A DNA stretch of 64,000 bases, from the NCBI GenBank assembly GCA_050506795.1, contig JBJHCF010000001.1, positions 192,001 through 256,000 of the forward strand. Direction: 5' to 3'. The notes beneath the pieces are model-generated. The model worked only from the letters and a program-made list of their open reading frames with translations. It made no database searches and was not told where the DNA came from. Shown one piece after another: positions 36,320 to 44,854 of this stretch (positions are counted from its first letter, which is position 1; each line of letters starts with the position of its first letter). A program made the position numbers and the translations under genes. Source of the stretch: Opitutia bacterium (GTDB lineage: Bacteria > Verrucomicrobiota > Verrucomicrobiia > Opitutales > T3Sed10-336).

Positions 36320-36607
36320 TGTTTATGTTCGGGCCAGGGTTTGCAGAGGCCATACCCACGGTAGAGCGGCCGGCTCCGAAGAGAACCCGAGGCCGGGGCG
36401 GTCGAAGCGCAGCCAGACGAGGACCAAGCCGACGGTTTTCCCGAGGCCGGTGGGGATCCTCCGCCACGCTTTGCCTGCTTTGGAGGACAACTTGCCGATG
36501 GGGCGGGATTGGCAAGACGGGTCTTCCGCGAGACGGCGTTGGCAGCCGCAGGGTTTCGGCGCGCTGGAAGTGGCGGCATTAAAGAAGTCCGGGTAGGAAG
36601 GCTTCAT
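36316..36607 (-). pseudogene. Chimeric remnant: Cas3 5' stub (copy A) fused to the extreme 3' end of a csb2 gene
   Basis: 36411-36607 is homologous to 34022-34182; 36335-36419 is homologous to the csb2 end at ~31472-31559 (VWLRFDRP..GAGR..YRGYGLCKPW), with frameshifts. Confidence 0.85.
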
Positions 36608-36769
36608 TGTTCGTTCAGGAAAAAGTCCGGGTTCATTTTTGGCAAGTTGTTTCCGTTGCGTGGTTTGGGCTCTTTGCGGATTCGGCCTGATTTTCACGGT
36701 TGACAGAAGGGGGGCGATGGGTTGCGATTGCCTGTTTGCCATTTTGACTTAACCGCAGAATCGTAAGCC

Positions 36770-36940
36770 ATGCCTAGAGAAACCGTCATTATCGAATGCA
36801 CCGAAGCGCGCAAAGAGGGTAAATCGCCTTCCCGCTACATGACTTGCCGCAACAAGCGAACCCAGCCGGACCGGGTGGAAAAGAAAAAGTACAACCCGGC
36901 CCTGAAGCGTCGCACGGTTCACCGCGAGATCAAGTCCTGA
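36770..36940 (+). CDS. rpmG: 50S ribosomal protein L33
   Basis: Translated by hand (below the ORF track cut-off): [62 protein letters not shown] at 36700 upstream. Confidence 0.95.
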   Translation: MPRETVIIECTEARKEGKSPSRYMTCRNKRTQPDRVEKKKYNPALKRRTVHREIKS

Positions 36941-36974
36941 GCGCCGCCGGCGCCAGGGATTGATTTTGTATTTC

Positions 36975-37003
36975 GAACGCCTCTCAGCAGGCGTTCTTCT
37001 TTG
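36975..37003 (+). terminator. Intrinsic terminator after rpmG
   Basis: GAACGCCT-CTCAGC-AGGCGTTC hairpin followed by TTCTTT. Confidence 0.6.
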
Positions 37004-37031
37004 TTGTGTCCTTTGGGCCTCCCCTGCGCGC

Positions 37032-38489
37032 TCAGGATGGGGGGAGGATCGATGACAGCGAGTTGGCGATGGTCTCTAGAAACAGTCCCGGAACCGTGCC
37101 GAGGCCGATGATGGCCGCGATGAGCAAAAGGCAGAGAACGCGGGCGGTGGGATCGAGGTGAATGGGCGAGGTATCCGCGTCCTCCGGCGGGTCCGCCAGA
37201 AAGGCGGCGTGAACCACCCGCAGATAATAATACACCGCGATGACAGTGTTGAGGACCGCAATCAGGACGAGCCAGAGAAAACCTTGCTGCAGGGCCGAGG
37301 TGAGAAGGGAGAATTTGCCCATGAAGCCGACAAAGGGCGGTATTCCGGCGAGGGAGAAGACCCCGACCAGCAGGGTCGCGGCGAGTAGCGGGGAACGTTT
37401 GTGGAGTCCGGCGAGAGCGCTTATCTGGAGATTCGCCCCGTCCCGGGATACCCGGGTGATGACCGTGAAACAGGCAAGGATCATGAAGAGATAGCCGGTC
37501 ACGTAATACAGGGAGGCGGTGAAGCCGGCTTCCTCGAGGGCCACCAGTCCGATGAGGGTGTAGCCGGCGTGGGCGATGGCGGAAAACCCAAGCAGGCGCT
37601 TGAAATCGGTCTGGGCCAGGGCGAGGAGGTTGCCGTAGAACATCGAGCCGACCGCCAGCGCGGCGAGCACGACGGCGAGGGCTTGGGCCTCGGGAGTGGC
37701 GGCCCCGGCAAAGCGCAACAATAGGAGGACGGCGGCGACTTTGGGGAGGGAAGCAATGATGGCGGCGGTTTCATTGGAGGCGCCCTGATACACGTCGGGG
37801 GTCCAGAAGTGGAACGGGAAGACCGCCAACTTGTAGAAAAAGGCGGCCATGGTCAGGATGATTCCGGTGATGGCGAGCGGGGTGTGCATTACCGGTTGAA
37901 GCCGTTCGACCAGGATCGGCAGGGAGGTCGTGCCGGTCAGTCCGTATAGGTAGCCCATTCCAAATAGCATGATTCCGCTGGCGGCGATTCCGAACATCAT
38001 GTACTTGATGGCGGACTCCATCTGGGAGCGCCGGCCATTGGTTTCCCGGCGCATGGCGATGAGCAGGAAGAGCGGGAATGAGGAGAGTTCGAGGGCGACG
38101 ACCAGGGTGATGAGATCGACGCTGCTTGCCAGTAGAATCAACCCGGTGACGCTGGTTGCGAGGAGGAAGAAATACTCGGGGCGGATGTCCGCGCGGATGT
38201 CCTTCAGGTGGTTTCCGATGACAGCGCAGCCCAGGTAGCCGAGCGCAAGGACGAGTTTCAGCCATTGGGAGAAGGCGTCCACGCGGTAGGCGCCGTCGAA
38301 TAGGACGGCTTCGGTTTTTAGAGTGACCGCGCAGGCGAGCGCCACCGCGATCGCGGTGGCCAGGGAGAGGTTCCGGGCCGCGCGAACCCGGTTCGTTCCG
38401 AGGGTGACGCCGAAAAGCGCGAGGATCCCGAGAAGGAGGATCCCTTCCGGAAGAAAGGCGATGAAACTGGTGGTTTGCGCTTCGGACAT
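37032..38489 (-). CDS. nuoN: NADH-quinone oxidoreductase subunit N
   Basis: ESAIKYMMFG, YKLAVFPFHFWTPDVYQGA, FKRLLGFSAIAHAGY, SLAGIPPFVGFMGK. Confidence 0.9.
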   Translation of the reverse strand: MSEAQTTSFIAFLPEGILLLGILALFGVTLGTNRVRAARNLSLATAIAVALACAVTLKTEAVLFDGAYRVDAFSQWLKLVLALGYLGCAVIGNHLKDIRADIRPEYFFLLATSVTGLILLASSVDLITLVVALELSSFPLFLLIAMRRETNGRRSQMESAIKYMMFGIAASGIMLFGMGYLYGLTGTTSLPILVERLQPVMHTPLAITGIILTMAAFFYKLAVFPFHFWTPDVYQGASNETAAIIASLPKVAAVLLLLRFAGAATPEAQALAVVLAALAVGSMFYGNLLALAQTDFKRLLGFSAIAHAGYTLIGLVALEEAGFTASLYYVTGYLFMILACFTVITRVSRDGANLQISALAGLHKRSPLLAATLLVGVFSLAGIPPFVGFMGKFSLLTSALQQGFLWLVLIAVLNTVIAVYYYLRVVHAAFLADPPEDADTSPIHLDPTARVLCLLLIAAIIGLGTVPGLFLETIANSLSSILPPS

Positions 38490-38524
38490 GAGTGCGTGCG
38501 GAAAAGATCTGATCATTCAGTGCG

Positions 38525-40024
38525 TCAGGGCCTCAAAGCGCCCGTGGAGCGCGCGACGATGTCGAGGATGTTCTGGATGCTGGCTTCCATCAGACCTATG
38601 AACGGGCCGGGCTGGAGACCGATCCACAGAATGAATACGAGAAACGGCGTCAGGAGAAGGATCTCCCGCGCCCCGAGATCGGCCATACCCGAGTGATCCG
38701 GGTTTTTGGTGCCGCCGTAGGCCACGCGCTGGAGGATGCGCAAGTTGTAGGCCGCCGCGACGACAATGCCCGGAACGATCGCCAGGGCGAGGATCAGTGA
38801 ACTCTCGAAGGCTCCGGCGAGGACGAGGAACTCGCCGATGAACGTGTTGGTGCCGGGGAAGGCGAGTGAGGACAGGCAGAAGATGCCGAGGAAAAACGCG
38901 AAGATGGGCATCTGCCGGCCCAGACCGGCGGCGCGTGCGAGGTCGCGCGAGTGGACGCGCTCGTAAACGATGCCGACCGCGATGAAGAGCGCGCCGGTGG
39001 TCACGCCGTGGTTGATCATCACCAGGGCGCCCCCGATGGTTCCGTTGTGGACCAGGGAGAAAATGCCCAGGGTGGCGAATCCCATGTGGGCGACGCTGGA
39101 ATAGGCGACGATCTTCTTGAGATCCGACTGCGCGAGCGCGGTCAGGCCCCCGTAGAGGATGGCCGCGACCGAGAGCCAGAGAATCGCGGGCGCGAAGTGG
39201 ATCGTGGCCAGCGGCGTAATGGGCAGGCAAAAGCGAAGAAAGCCGTAGGCCCCCATCTTCAGGAGGATGCTGGCCAGGAGCACACTCCCGGCGGTAGGGG
39301 CTTCCACGTGCGCGGCGGGCAGCCAGGTGTGGAAGGGGAACATCGGCACCTTGATGGCAAAGGAGATGAAAAACGCGCCGAAGATCCAGAGCTGGAAATT
39401 GCGGTCGTAGGGCTGGTCCATCAGGCCCGGTATGCTGAAGGTGCCCGTTTCCAAACGCAGGGCGATGATCGCCACGATGAGCAGGACCGATCCCGCCATG
39501 GTGTAGATGAAGAACTTTAGCGCCGCATAGACGCGCCCCGGTCCGCCCCAGACGCCGATGAGGATGCTCATCGGAATCAACATGGCCTCCCAGAAGATAA
39601 AGAAGAGGACGAAGTCGAGGGCGGTGAAAACGCCGGTCATGGCCGTTTGCATGATCAGCAGGCAGATCATGAACTCTTTCGAGCGGAGTTTTACGACGGT
39701 CCACGAGGCGATCACGCAGAACGGTGTGATGAGTGTCGTGAGGAGGACCAGGAGGAGGCTGATTCCGTCGATTCCTAGCGTATAGTACATCCCGAGGTGG
39801 GGAATCCATTCGCGGTGCTCGACGAACTGGAACTCCGCCGTGGAGGCGTCGAAACCGCGAAGGAGGAACAGGGAAAAAACGCCGATGGCCGCGGTTGCCA
39901 GGAGGGTCCATTGGCGCACCTGCCGTTCATCCCGCAGCGCCAGGGCGATCGCCGCCGCCACGAGGGGCGCGAAAACCAGGAGGCTGAGGAAGGGAAACGC
40001 GGTGCTGGATTCGGACAGGTTCAT
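38525..40024 (-). CDS. nuoM: NADH-quinone oxidoreductase subunit M
   Basis: LGIDGISL, FFIFWEAMLIP, AALKFFIYT, IKVPMFPFHTWLPAAHVEAP, LLKMGAYG. Confidence 0.92.
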   Translation of the reverse strand: MNLSESSTAFPFLSLLVFAPLVAAAIALALRDERQVRQWTLLATAAIGVFSLFLLRGFDASTAEFQFVEHREWIPHLGMYYTLGIDGISLLLVLLTTLITPFCVIASWTVVKLRSKEFMICLLIMQTAMTGVFTALDFVLFFIFWEAMLIPMSILIGVWGGPGRVYAALKFFIYTMAGSVLLIVAIIALRLETGTFSIPGLMDQPYDRNFQLWIFGAFFISFAIKVPMFPFHTWLPAAHVEAPTAGSVLLASILLKMGAYGFLRFCLPITPLATIHFAPAILWLSVAAILYGGLTALAQSDLKKIVAYSSVAHMGFATLGIFSLVHNGTIGGALVMINHGVTTGALFIAVGIVYERVHSRDLARAAGLGRQMPIFAFFLGIFCLSSLAFPGTNTFIGEFLVLAGAFESSLILALAIVPGIVVAAAYNLRILQRVAYGGTKNPDHSGMADLGAREILLLTPFLVFILWIGLQPGPFIGLMEASIQNILDIVARSTGALRP

Positions 40025-40034
40025 CGAGTTTCGG

Positions 40035-41819
40035 TCATCGGGCGAAGAGGAAAAACACCAGGAGCATTACCGCCAGGGCGGCGAAAACCAGGGTGAGGCT
40101 TTGCTGCAGGGAGCCCCGCTGGAGCGGGCGCAGGCGGGATCCGAGGTCGCGCACGGAGTGGGCGGTGCCGTCCACGGCGCGATCGATCACGTGGCTGTCG
40201 AAGACGGCCATGAGCAGGGCGGAGCGCATAAGCGGGAGGAGGCCGCCCTTCTCGTGGAGATTGCCCCAGGCGCGGTCGAAGAGCTGGAGCGGGGTCCGGG
40301 CGAAACGCAGGATGGCGTTTCCGGTCACCCGGTAGAACCGGTCCAGGTCGAGCGTGACCGAGGCCGTCGGCGCCAGCTTGTTCCGCAGCAGAGCGAAACC
40401 AAGGGCGGCGGAGAGCAGGAGCAGGAACGTCTCCGAAAGATGGTAGGAGGTGTAGGGCTGGTAATCGACTGTGTAGGGGAGCAGCCGATACAGCGATCCC
40501 GGAAAGATTCCCATGAAGAAACAGAGGAACGCCGTGGCGCCCATCGCGGCGTTCATGTTCCAGCCCGGGTCGGCGGCCTTCCTCCAGGTTTCCTCCGACG
40601 CGCGGCGCTCGCCGAACCAGGTGAAGTAGATGAGCTTGAGCCCGGTGTGAAGGAACGTGCCCACGGACGCGATCATGAGCAGGTAAACCGCCCAGTAGTG
40701 GTGCGCCTCGTAGCCCGCGGCGATGGTCATCGATTTGCTGATGAAGCCGCTGAAGAACGGGAAGGCCGAAATGGATAGCCCTCCGATGAGGGTGAAGAAC
40801 ATCGTCCACGGCATCCTGGCGTACAGCCCGCCGAGTTCTGTGAACTTGCTCTTGCCGGTCATGAACAGGACGGCGCCCGTTCCCATGAAGAGCAGTCCTT
40901 TGTAGAGAATATGCGTGAAGGCGTGGGCGATGGTTCCGTTGATCGCCATCGCCGTGCCGATACCGACGCCGGCCACCATGAAACCCACCTGGCTGACGAT
41001 GTGGTAGGAGAGCAGGCGCCGGGGGTCGTTGGCGAGAAAGGCGTAAACGACGCCGTAAAGCGCCATGATGACTCCGAGGACGATGAGAATCTCAAACCCG
41101 GCGAATCCCCGGCAGAGGGCGTACACCGCTGTCTTGGTCGTAAAGGCGCACAGAAAGACCGAGCCGCTGAAGGTGGCGGCGGAATAGGCGTCGGGCAGCC
41201 ACGCATGCAGCGGGGGCACCGCCGCGTTGAGGAGGAATCCGACCAGGATCAGCCACACCGCGAGCGAGGGGTCCTCGGGGGAGAACGCGTTGAAACTGAA
41301 ATCGCCTCCCTGCGCGGCGCCATGGAGGACGATGCCGGCCAGGAGGATCACGCCGCCGGCGGTGTGGACGAGCAGATACCGGAAACCGGCCGCGAGGGAC
41401 GCCGGCGTTCGGCGCGCCCAGATGAGGAAAACCGACGAGATCGCCATCAGTTCCCAGAAGAGAAAGAGGACCAGCAGGTCGCCCGCGAAGATCACGCCCA
41501 GCGAGCCGGCCACGTAGGTCCAGGCTGCCACGTGTTCGCCGGTGTTTTCGACCTTCAGTGCGTACAGGGTGCCCAGTAGGCACATCAGCGCCATGATGAT
41601 GGCGAAGACCCGGCTGATCGCGTCCACCCGTCCGAACTCGAGGGTCCAGTCCAGGAAGCGCACGTTCCCGAACTCGCCCATCGGCATGGTCGCAACGAGT
41701 GCGAAAACGCCCGCGGGCACGGCAAGCAGCCAGACCTTTCGGAACGCCTTCGGCAGGATCGGCAGCAGGGCGGCGCCCAGGAGGAGAAGGAGCGAGGGAT
41801 GCAGCCAGAGTTCATTCAT
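40035..41819 (-). CDS. Antiporter-like membrane subunit (Na+/H+ antiporter subunit D family; occupies the NuoL position)
   Basis: LFWELMA, NAAVPPLHAWLPDAY, AFTTKTAVY, RRLLSYHIVSQVG, HILYKGLLFM; long C-terminal amphipathic region. Confidence 0.85.
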   Translation of the reverse strand: MNELWLHPSLLLLLGAALLPILPKAFRKVWLLAVPAGVFALVATMPMGEFGNVRFLDWTLEFGRVDAISRVFAIIMALMCLLGTLYALKVENTGEHVAAWTYVAGSLGVIFAGDLLVLFLFWELMAISSVFLIWARRTPASLAAGFRYLLVHTAGGVILLAGIVLHGAAQGGDFSFNAFSPEDPSLAVWLILVGFLLNAAVPPLHAWLPDAYSAATFSGSVFLCAFTTKTAVYALCRGFAGFEILIVLGVIMALYGVVYAFLANDPRRLLSYHIVSQVGFMVAGVGIGTAMAINGTIAHAFTHILYKGLLFMGTGAVLFMTGKSKFTELGGLYARMPWTMFFTLIGGLSISAFPFFSGFISKSMTIAAGYEAHHYWAVYLLMIASVGTFLHTGLKLIYFTWFGERRASEETWRKAADPGWNMNAAMGATAFLCFFMGIFPGSLYRLLPYTVDYQPYTSYHLSETFLLLLSAALGFALLRNKLAPTASVTLDLDRFYRVTGNAILRFARTPLQLFDRAWGNLHEKGGLLPLMRSALLMAVFDSHVIDRAVDGTAHSVRDLGSRLRPLQRGSLQQSLTLVFAALAVMLLVFFLFAR

Positions 41820-42072
41820 CGAACTTGTCCTCCGGCTGTTGGATGCCGAGATTACCGGCGGTTTTGGCGAAGATCACAAGCAGGGCGCTCGCGGCGAGTC
41901 CGTAAACGGCCCAGAATCCGGGCAGCCGTTCGGCGGCGGTGTGGGCCTCCGATTTGTCCACCAGAAAAGGGAGGGCGTCGAGCACGACAAACAGCACCAG
42001 CAATCCCCACCCGGCCTTCAGGAGGAGGCTGGAACGCGCGCGCAGGAATTCTATGATGCGGAGAAGAATCAT
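41812..42072 (-). CDS. Small two-TM accessory subunit
   Basis: MILLRIIEFL...HTAAERLPGFWAVYGL...LGIQQPED; overlaps both neighbours. Confidence 0.75.
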   Translation of the reverse strand: MILLRIIEFLRARSSLLLKAGWGLLVLFVVLDALPFLVDKSEAHTAAERLPGFWAVYGLAASALLVIFAKTAGNLGIQQPEDKFDE

Positions 42073-43544
42073 GGCAGGACGAGATGGACGAATTGCATGA
42101 AGAAACCGGGAAAGATCCCGATGGCGACGGACAGCAGGGCCGTGATCATGAGCGGAACCACGATCAGAGCGGAGGCGTCCCGCACGGGGCCGTCCTTTGT
42201 TTCGGCGGAGCGCTCTCCGAAAAAGCCTTGATAGACGATCGGGCCGAAGTAGGCCGCGTTGAGCACTGTGCTGGTGAGGAGGATCAGGATCACGGTCATC
42301 GATCCCGCGTCCCACGCTCCCAGCAGGAGGTGCCACTTGCTGATGAATCCGGCCACCCCGGGAACGCCGATCATGCTCAGCGAGGCGATGGCAAAGGCGG
42401 CGAACGTCCACGGCATCGCCCGCCCCAGGCCCCCCATCTCCGAGATCTTTTTGCGGCGGGCGACCACGTAGATGGCGCCGGCGCAGAAGAACAGGGTGAT
42501 TTTGGCGAACGCGTGATTGGCGATATGGATCAACCCGCCGGCGATCCCGTAGGGTGTCAGCAAGGCCACACCGAGCACGATGTAGGCGAGTTGACTGACC
42601 GTGGAAAAGGCGAGCCGCGCCTTAAGATCATCTTTGCCCAGGGCGATGAGCGACGCCGCGATGATCGTGATCGACACGAACCACGCCGTCGGCAGACCGA
42701 GATTGAGGTCGGCCATGGTCTCCGTGCCGAAGACATAGAGCATGACCCGCACCGTGGCGAAGACCCCCACCTTGACGACGGCGACCGCGTGCAGGAGGGC
42801 GCTCACCGGGGTGGGCGCCACCATGGCGCCCGGCAGCCAGTGGTGGAGCGGCATGAGGCCGTTTTTCGCGAAACCGATGAGGAAGGCGATGTAGAGCCCG
42901 ATCACGAGCCAGCGGTGCGCGCCTTCCGAAAATACCCCGGCGGCGGCGTCGTGGGCGAAGTCCAGGTTGCCGTTGAGAACGTAAAGGAGAACCATCGCCG
43001 GCAGGACCAGCGCCTTGGCAGTGACCGTGAGGTAGGCGAGGTACTTTCGCCCGCCGGCGTAGCCCTCGCGATCCTGGTGGTGCGCGACGAGCGGATAGGT
43101 CGTGATGCTGACGATCTCGTAAAAGAGATAGAGCGTGAGGAGATTGTCGGAAAAGGCGCAACCGATGGCGCCGAAAAGGGCGAGGGCGAAACAGGTATTG
43201 AAGCGCGTCTGCGATTTCTCGCCGAGACCCCGCATGTATCCGGCCGAGTAAAACACCGCGAGAATCCAGAGAGCGGCGGCCGTGAGCGCGAAGACCATCG
43301 ACAGCGGGTCGGCCCGCAGGGTGAAGCTCAGTCCGGGCAACAGTTCGAAGATCGTCCATTTGAAGGTACGCCCTTCCAGGATGTCGGGGATGAAGGAAAC
43401 CACGGTTCCGAGGAGCGCCACCGCGGCGAGCAGTGAGACCGCCTCGCGCAGGTTGGGGCGCTTGCCCGCGACCATAATCAGGCCCGCCCCGAGGAGCGGA
43501 ATGAGGATTGCGATCAGCAGGCGCGGTTCGGCGATCGGCTCCAT
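42069..43544 (-). CDS. MrpD-like monovalent cation/H+ antiporter subunit
   Basis: RPNLRE, YLFYEIVSITTYPLVAH, KNGLMPLHHWLPGAMVAPTPVSALLHAVAVVK, HAFAKITLFFCAG. Confidence 0.88.
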   Translation of the reverse strand: MEPIAEPRLLIAILIPLLGAGLIMVAGKRPNLREAVSLLAAVALLGTVVSFIPDILEGRTFKWTIFELLPGLSFTLRADPLSMVFALTAAALWILAVFYSAGYMRGLGEKSQTRFNTCFALALFGAIGCAFSDNLLTLYLFYEIVSITTYPLVAHHQDREGYAGGRKYLAYLTVTAKALVLPAMVLLYVLNGNLDFAHDAAAGVFSEGAHRWLVIGLYIAFLIGFAKNGLMPLHHWLPGAMVAPTPVSALLHAVAVVKVGVFATVRVMLYVFGTETMADLNLGLPTAWFVSITIIAASLIALGKDDLKARLAFSTVSQLAYIVLGVALLTPYGIAGGLIHIANHAFAKITLFFCAGAIYVVARRKKISEMGGLGRAMPWTFAAFAIASLSMIGVPGVAGFISKWHLLLGAWDAGSMTVILILLTSTVLNAAYFGPIVYQGFFGERSAETKDGPVRDASALIVVPLMITALLSVAIGIFPGFFMQFVHLVLP

Positions 43545-43548
43545 CGTC

Positions 43549-43875
43549 TCAGCCCTCCATCTCCGAAAGCTCAGCGGTCCGGATGGACCGGTAATTGCGG
43601 TAAACCGCGATGATGATGCTCAAGGCGATCGCCGCCTCCGCCGCTGAAAGCCCGATGATAAAGAGCACGAAGACTTGACCGGTCGCGGGCTCGGTCACAA
43701 AAAACCGGCTCACCGCCAGGAGGTTGAGCATGGCGGCTCCGAAGATGAGTTCACCGGAGATAAGCATTCCGACCAGCGTGTGACGCCGGAGCAGACCGAA
43801 GAGGCCGATGGCGAAAAGCAGGGCCGCCAGGACGAGATAGACGGAAGGATTCTGATGCAGTTCGAACAGGTTCAT
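43549..43875 (-). CDS. nuoK: NADH-quinone oxidoreductase subunit K
   Basis: LISGELI, GQVFVLFII.LSAAEAAIALSIII. Confidence 0.9.
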   Translation of the reverse strand: MNLFELHQNPSVYLVLAALLFAIGLFGLLRRHTLVGMLISGELIFGAAMLNLLAVSRFFVTEPATGQVFVLFIIGLSAAEAAIALSIIIAVYRNYRSIRTAELSEMEG

Positions 43876-44402
43876 TCCATGTGCCTTCCTTTCCGGGCGA
43901 TGGCGATGGCTCCCAGGATCGAGACGAGAAGGACGAGGGCGATTGTAATGAAAGCGAGACTGTGCGTGGTGAGAAGGGCGACACCGATCTGTTCGACGGA
44001 TCCGCTGTTCGCCTGTGCGACCGGCGCGGGCCAGTCACTCGACACACCGATCCAGGCGAGCCCGAGAAAAACCCCGCCGGCCGCGACTGCCGCACCCAGT
44101 GTCCAGGAGACGGTGTGCCCGCCGTCGGCATCCGCCGGTTCGTCGGGCTCGGCTAGCATGATGGCGAAAATAATGGTGATACAGACCGCCCCGATGTAGA
44201 TGAGGATGTGGATCATCGCCAAAAAGGGGCTGCCAAGAAAGTAGAACATACCCGCCAGGCCCACCGAGGCCAGGGCCAGACCGCAGACGCTGCGGATGAT
44301 CCACTTTGTGAATACGGCAAGGAGCGCCCCGGAGACCGCTGCTCCGAGAAAGAAAAGAAAGACGAGCGCGATGATCAAATCCGCGGCGGGAAACGGGCTC
44401 AT
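43872..44402 (-). CDS. nuoJ: NADH-quinone oxidoreductase subunit J
   Basis: SPFLAMIHILIYIGAV, LLVSILGAIAIAR; ATGA overlap. Confidence 0.88.
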   Translation of the reverse strand: MSPFPAADLIIALVFLFFLGAAVSGALLAVFTKWIIRSVCGLALASVGLAGMFYFLGSPFLAMIHILIYIGAVCITIIFAIMLAEPDEPADADGGHTVSWTLGAAVAAGGVFLGLAWIGVSSDWPAPVAQANSGSVEQIGVALLTTHSLAFITIALVLLVSILGAIAIARKGRHME

Positions 44403-44848
44403 TCTTTTCCAGTCCTTTCGTCGAGATCCTTGCAAAGGTCGATTCGGCGGAATCGTTCCTTGTCGCCGGAGGCCAGGTTGTAGCGTTTGGAGAATTCGAT
44501 CGCGTCGGTCGGACAGACTTCCACACACGCCCCGCAGAGACTGCACTGGGTGAAGTTGAGCTCGTAGCTGGTGACCAATTTTTTTCGCGCTCCCTCCTTT
44601 TTCTCGCCTTCAACGAGAATGCAGGCGCTCGGGCAGGCGTTGGCGCACATATTGCAGGCAATGCACTTTGAGGCACCGTTTTCGTCGGGGACAAAGATGA
44701 TGTGCGAGCGGTATCGGGGCGCCATTTTCAGGCTTTCGCGGGGGTAGTGAACGGTGACCGGCTTGCGGAAAAACTGCTTCAGAGTGATGCCCATTCCGAT
44801 CATGAGACTGAGGAATCCACCGACGACGTCTTTGAAGATGTTTTTCAT
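44399..44848 (-). CDS. nuoI: NADH-quinone oxidoreductase subunit I (2x[4Fe-4S])
   Basis: CIACNMCANACP and CSLCGACVEVCP. Confidence 0.92.
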   Translation of the reverse strand: MKNIFKDVVGGFLSLMIGMGITLKQFFRKPVTVHYPRESLKMAPRYRSHIIFVPDENGASKCIACNMCANACPSACILVEGEKKEGARKKLVTSYELNFTQCSLCGACVEVCPTDAIEFSKRYNLASGDKERFRRIDLCKDLDERTGKE

Positions 44849-44854
44849 GGCAGT

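Noticed and set aside
19724..36700. CRISPR-associated transposon (CAST) interpretation of the Cas3-defective locus
   Set aside because: No tnsA/B/C/tniQ, integrase or transposase gene is visible in or beside the locus.
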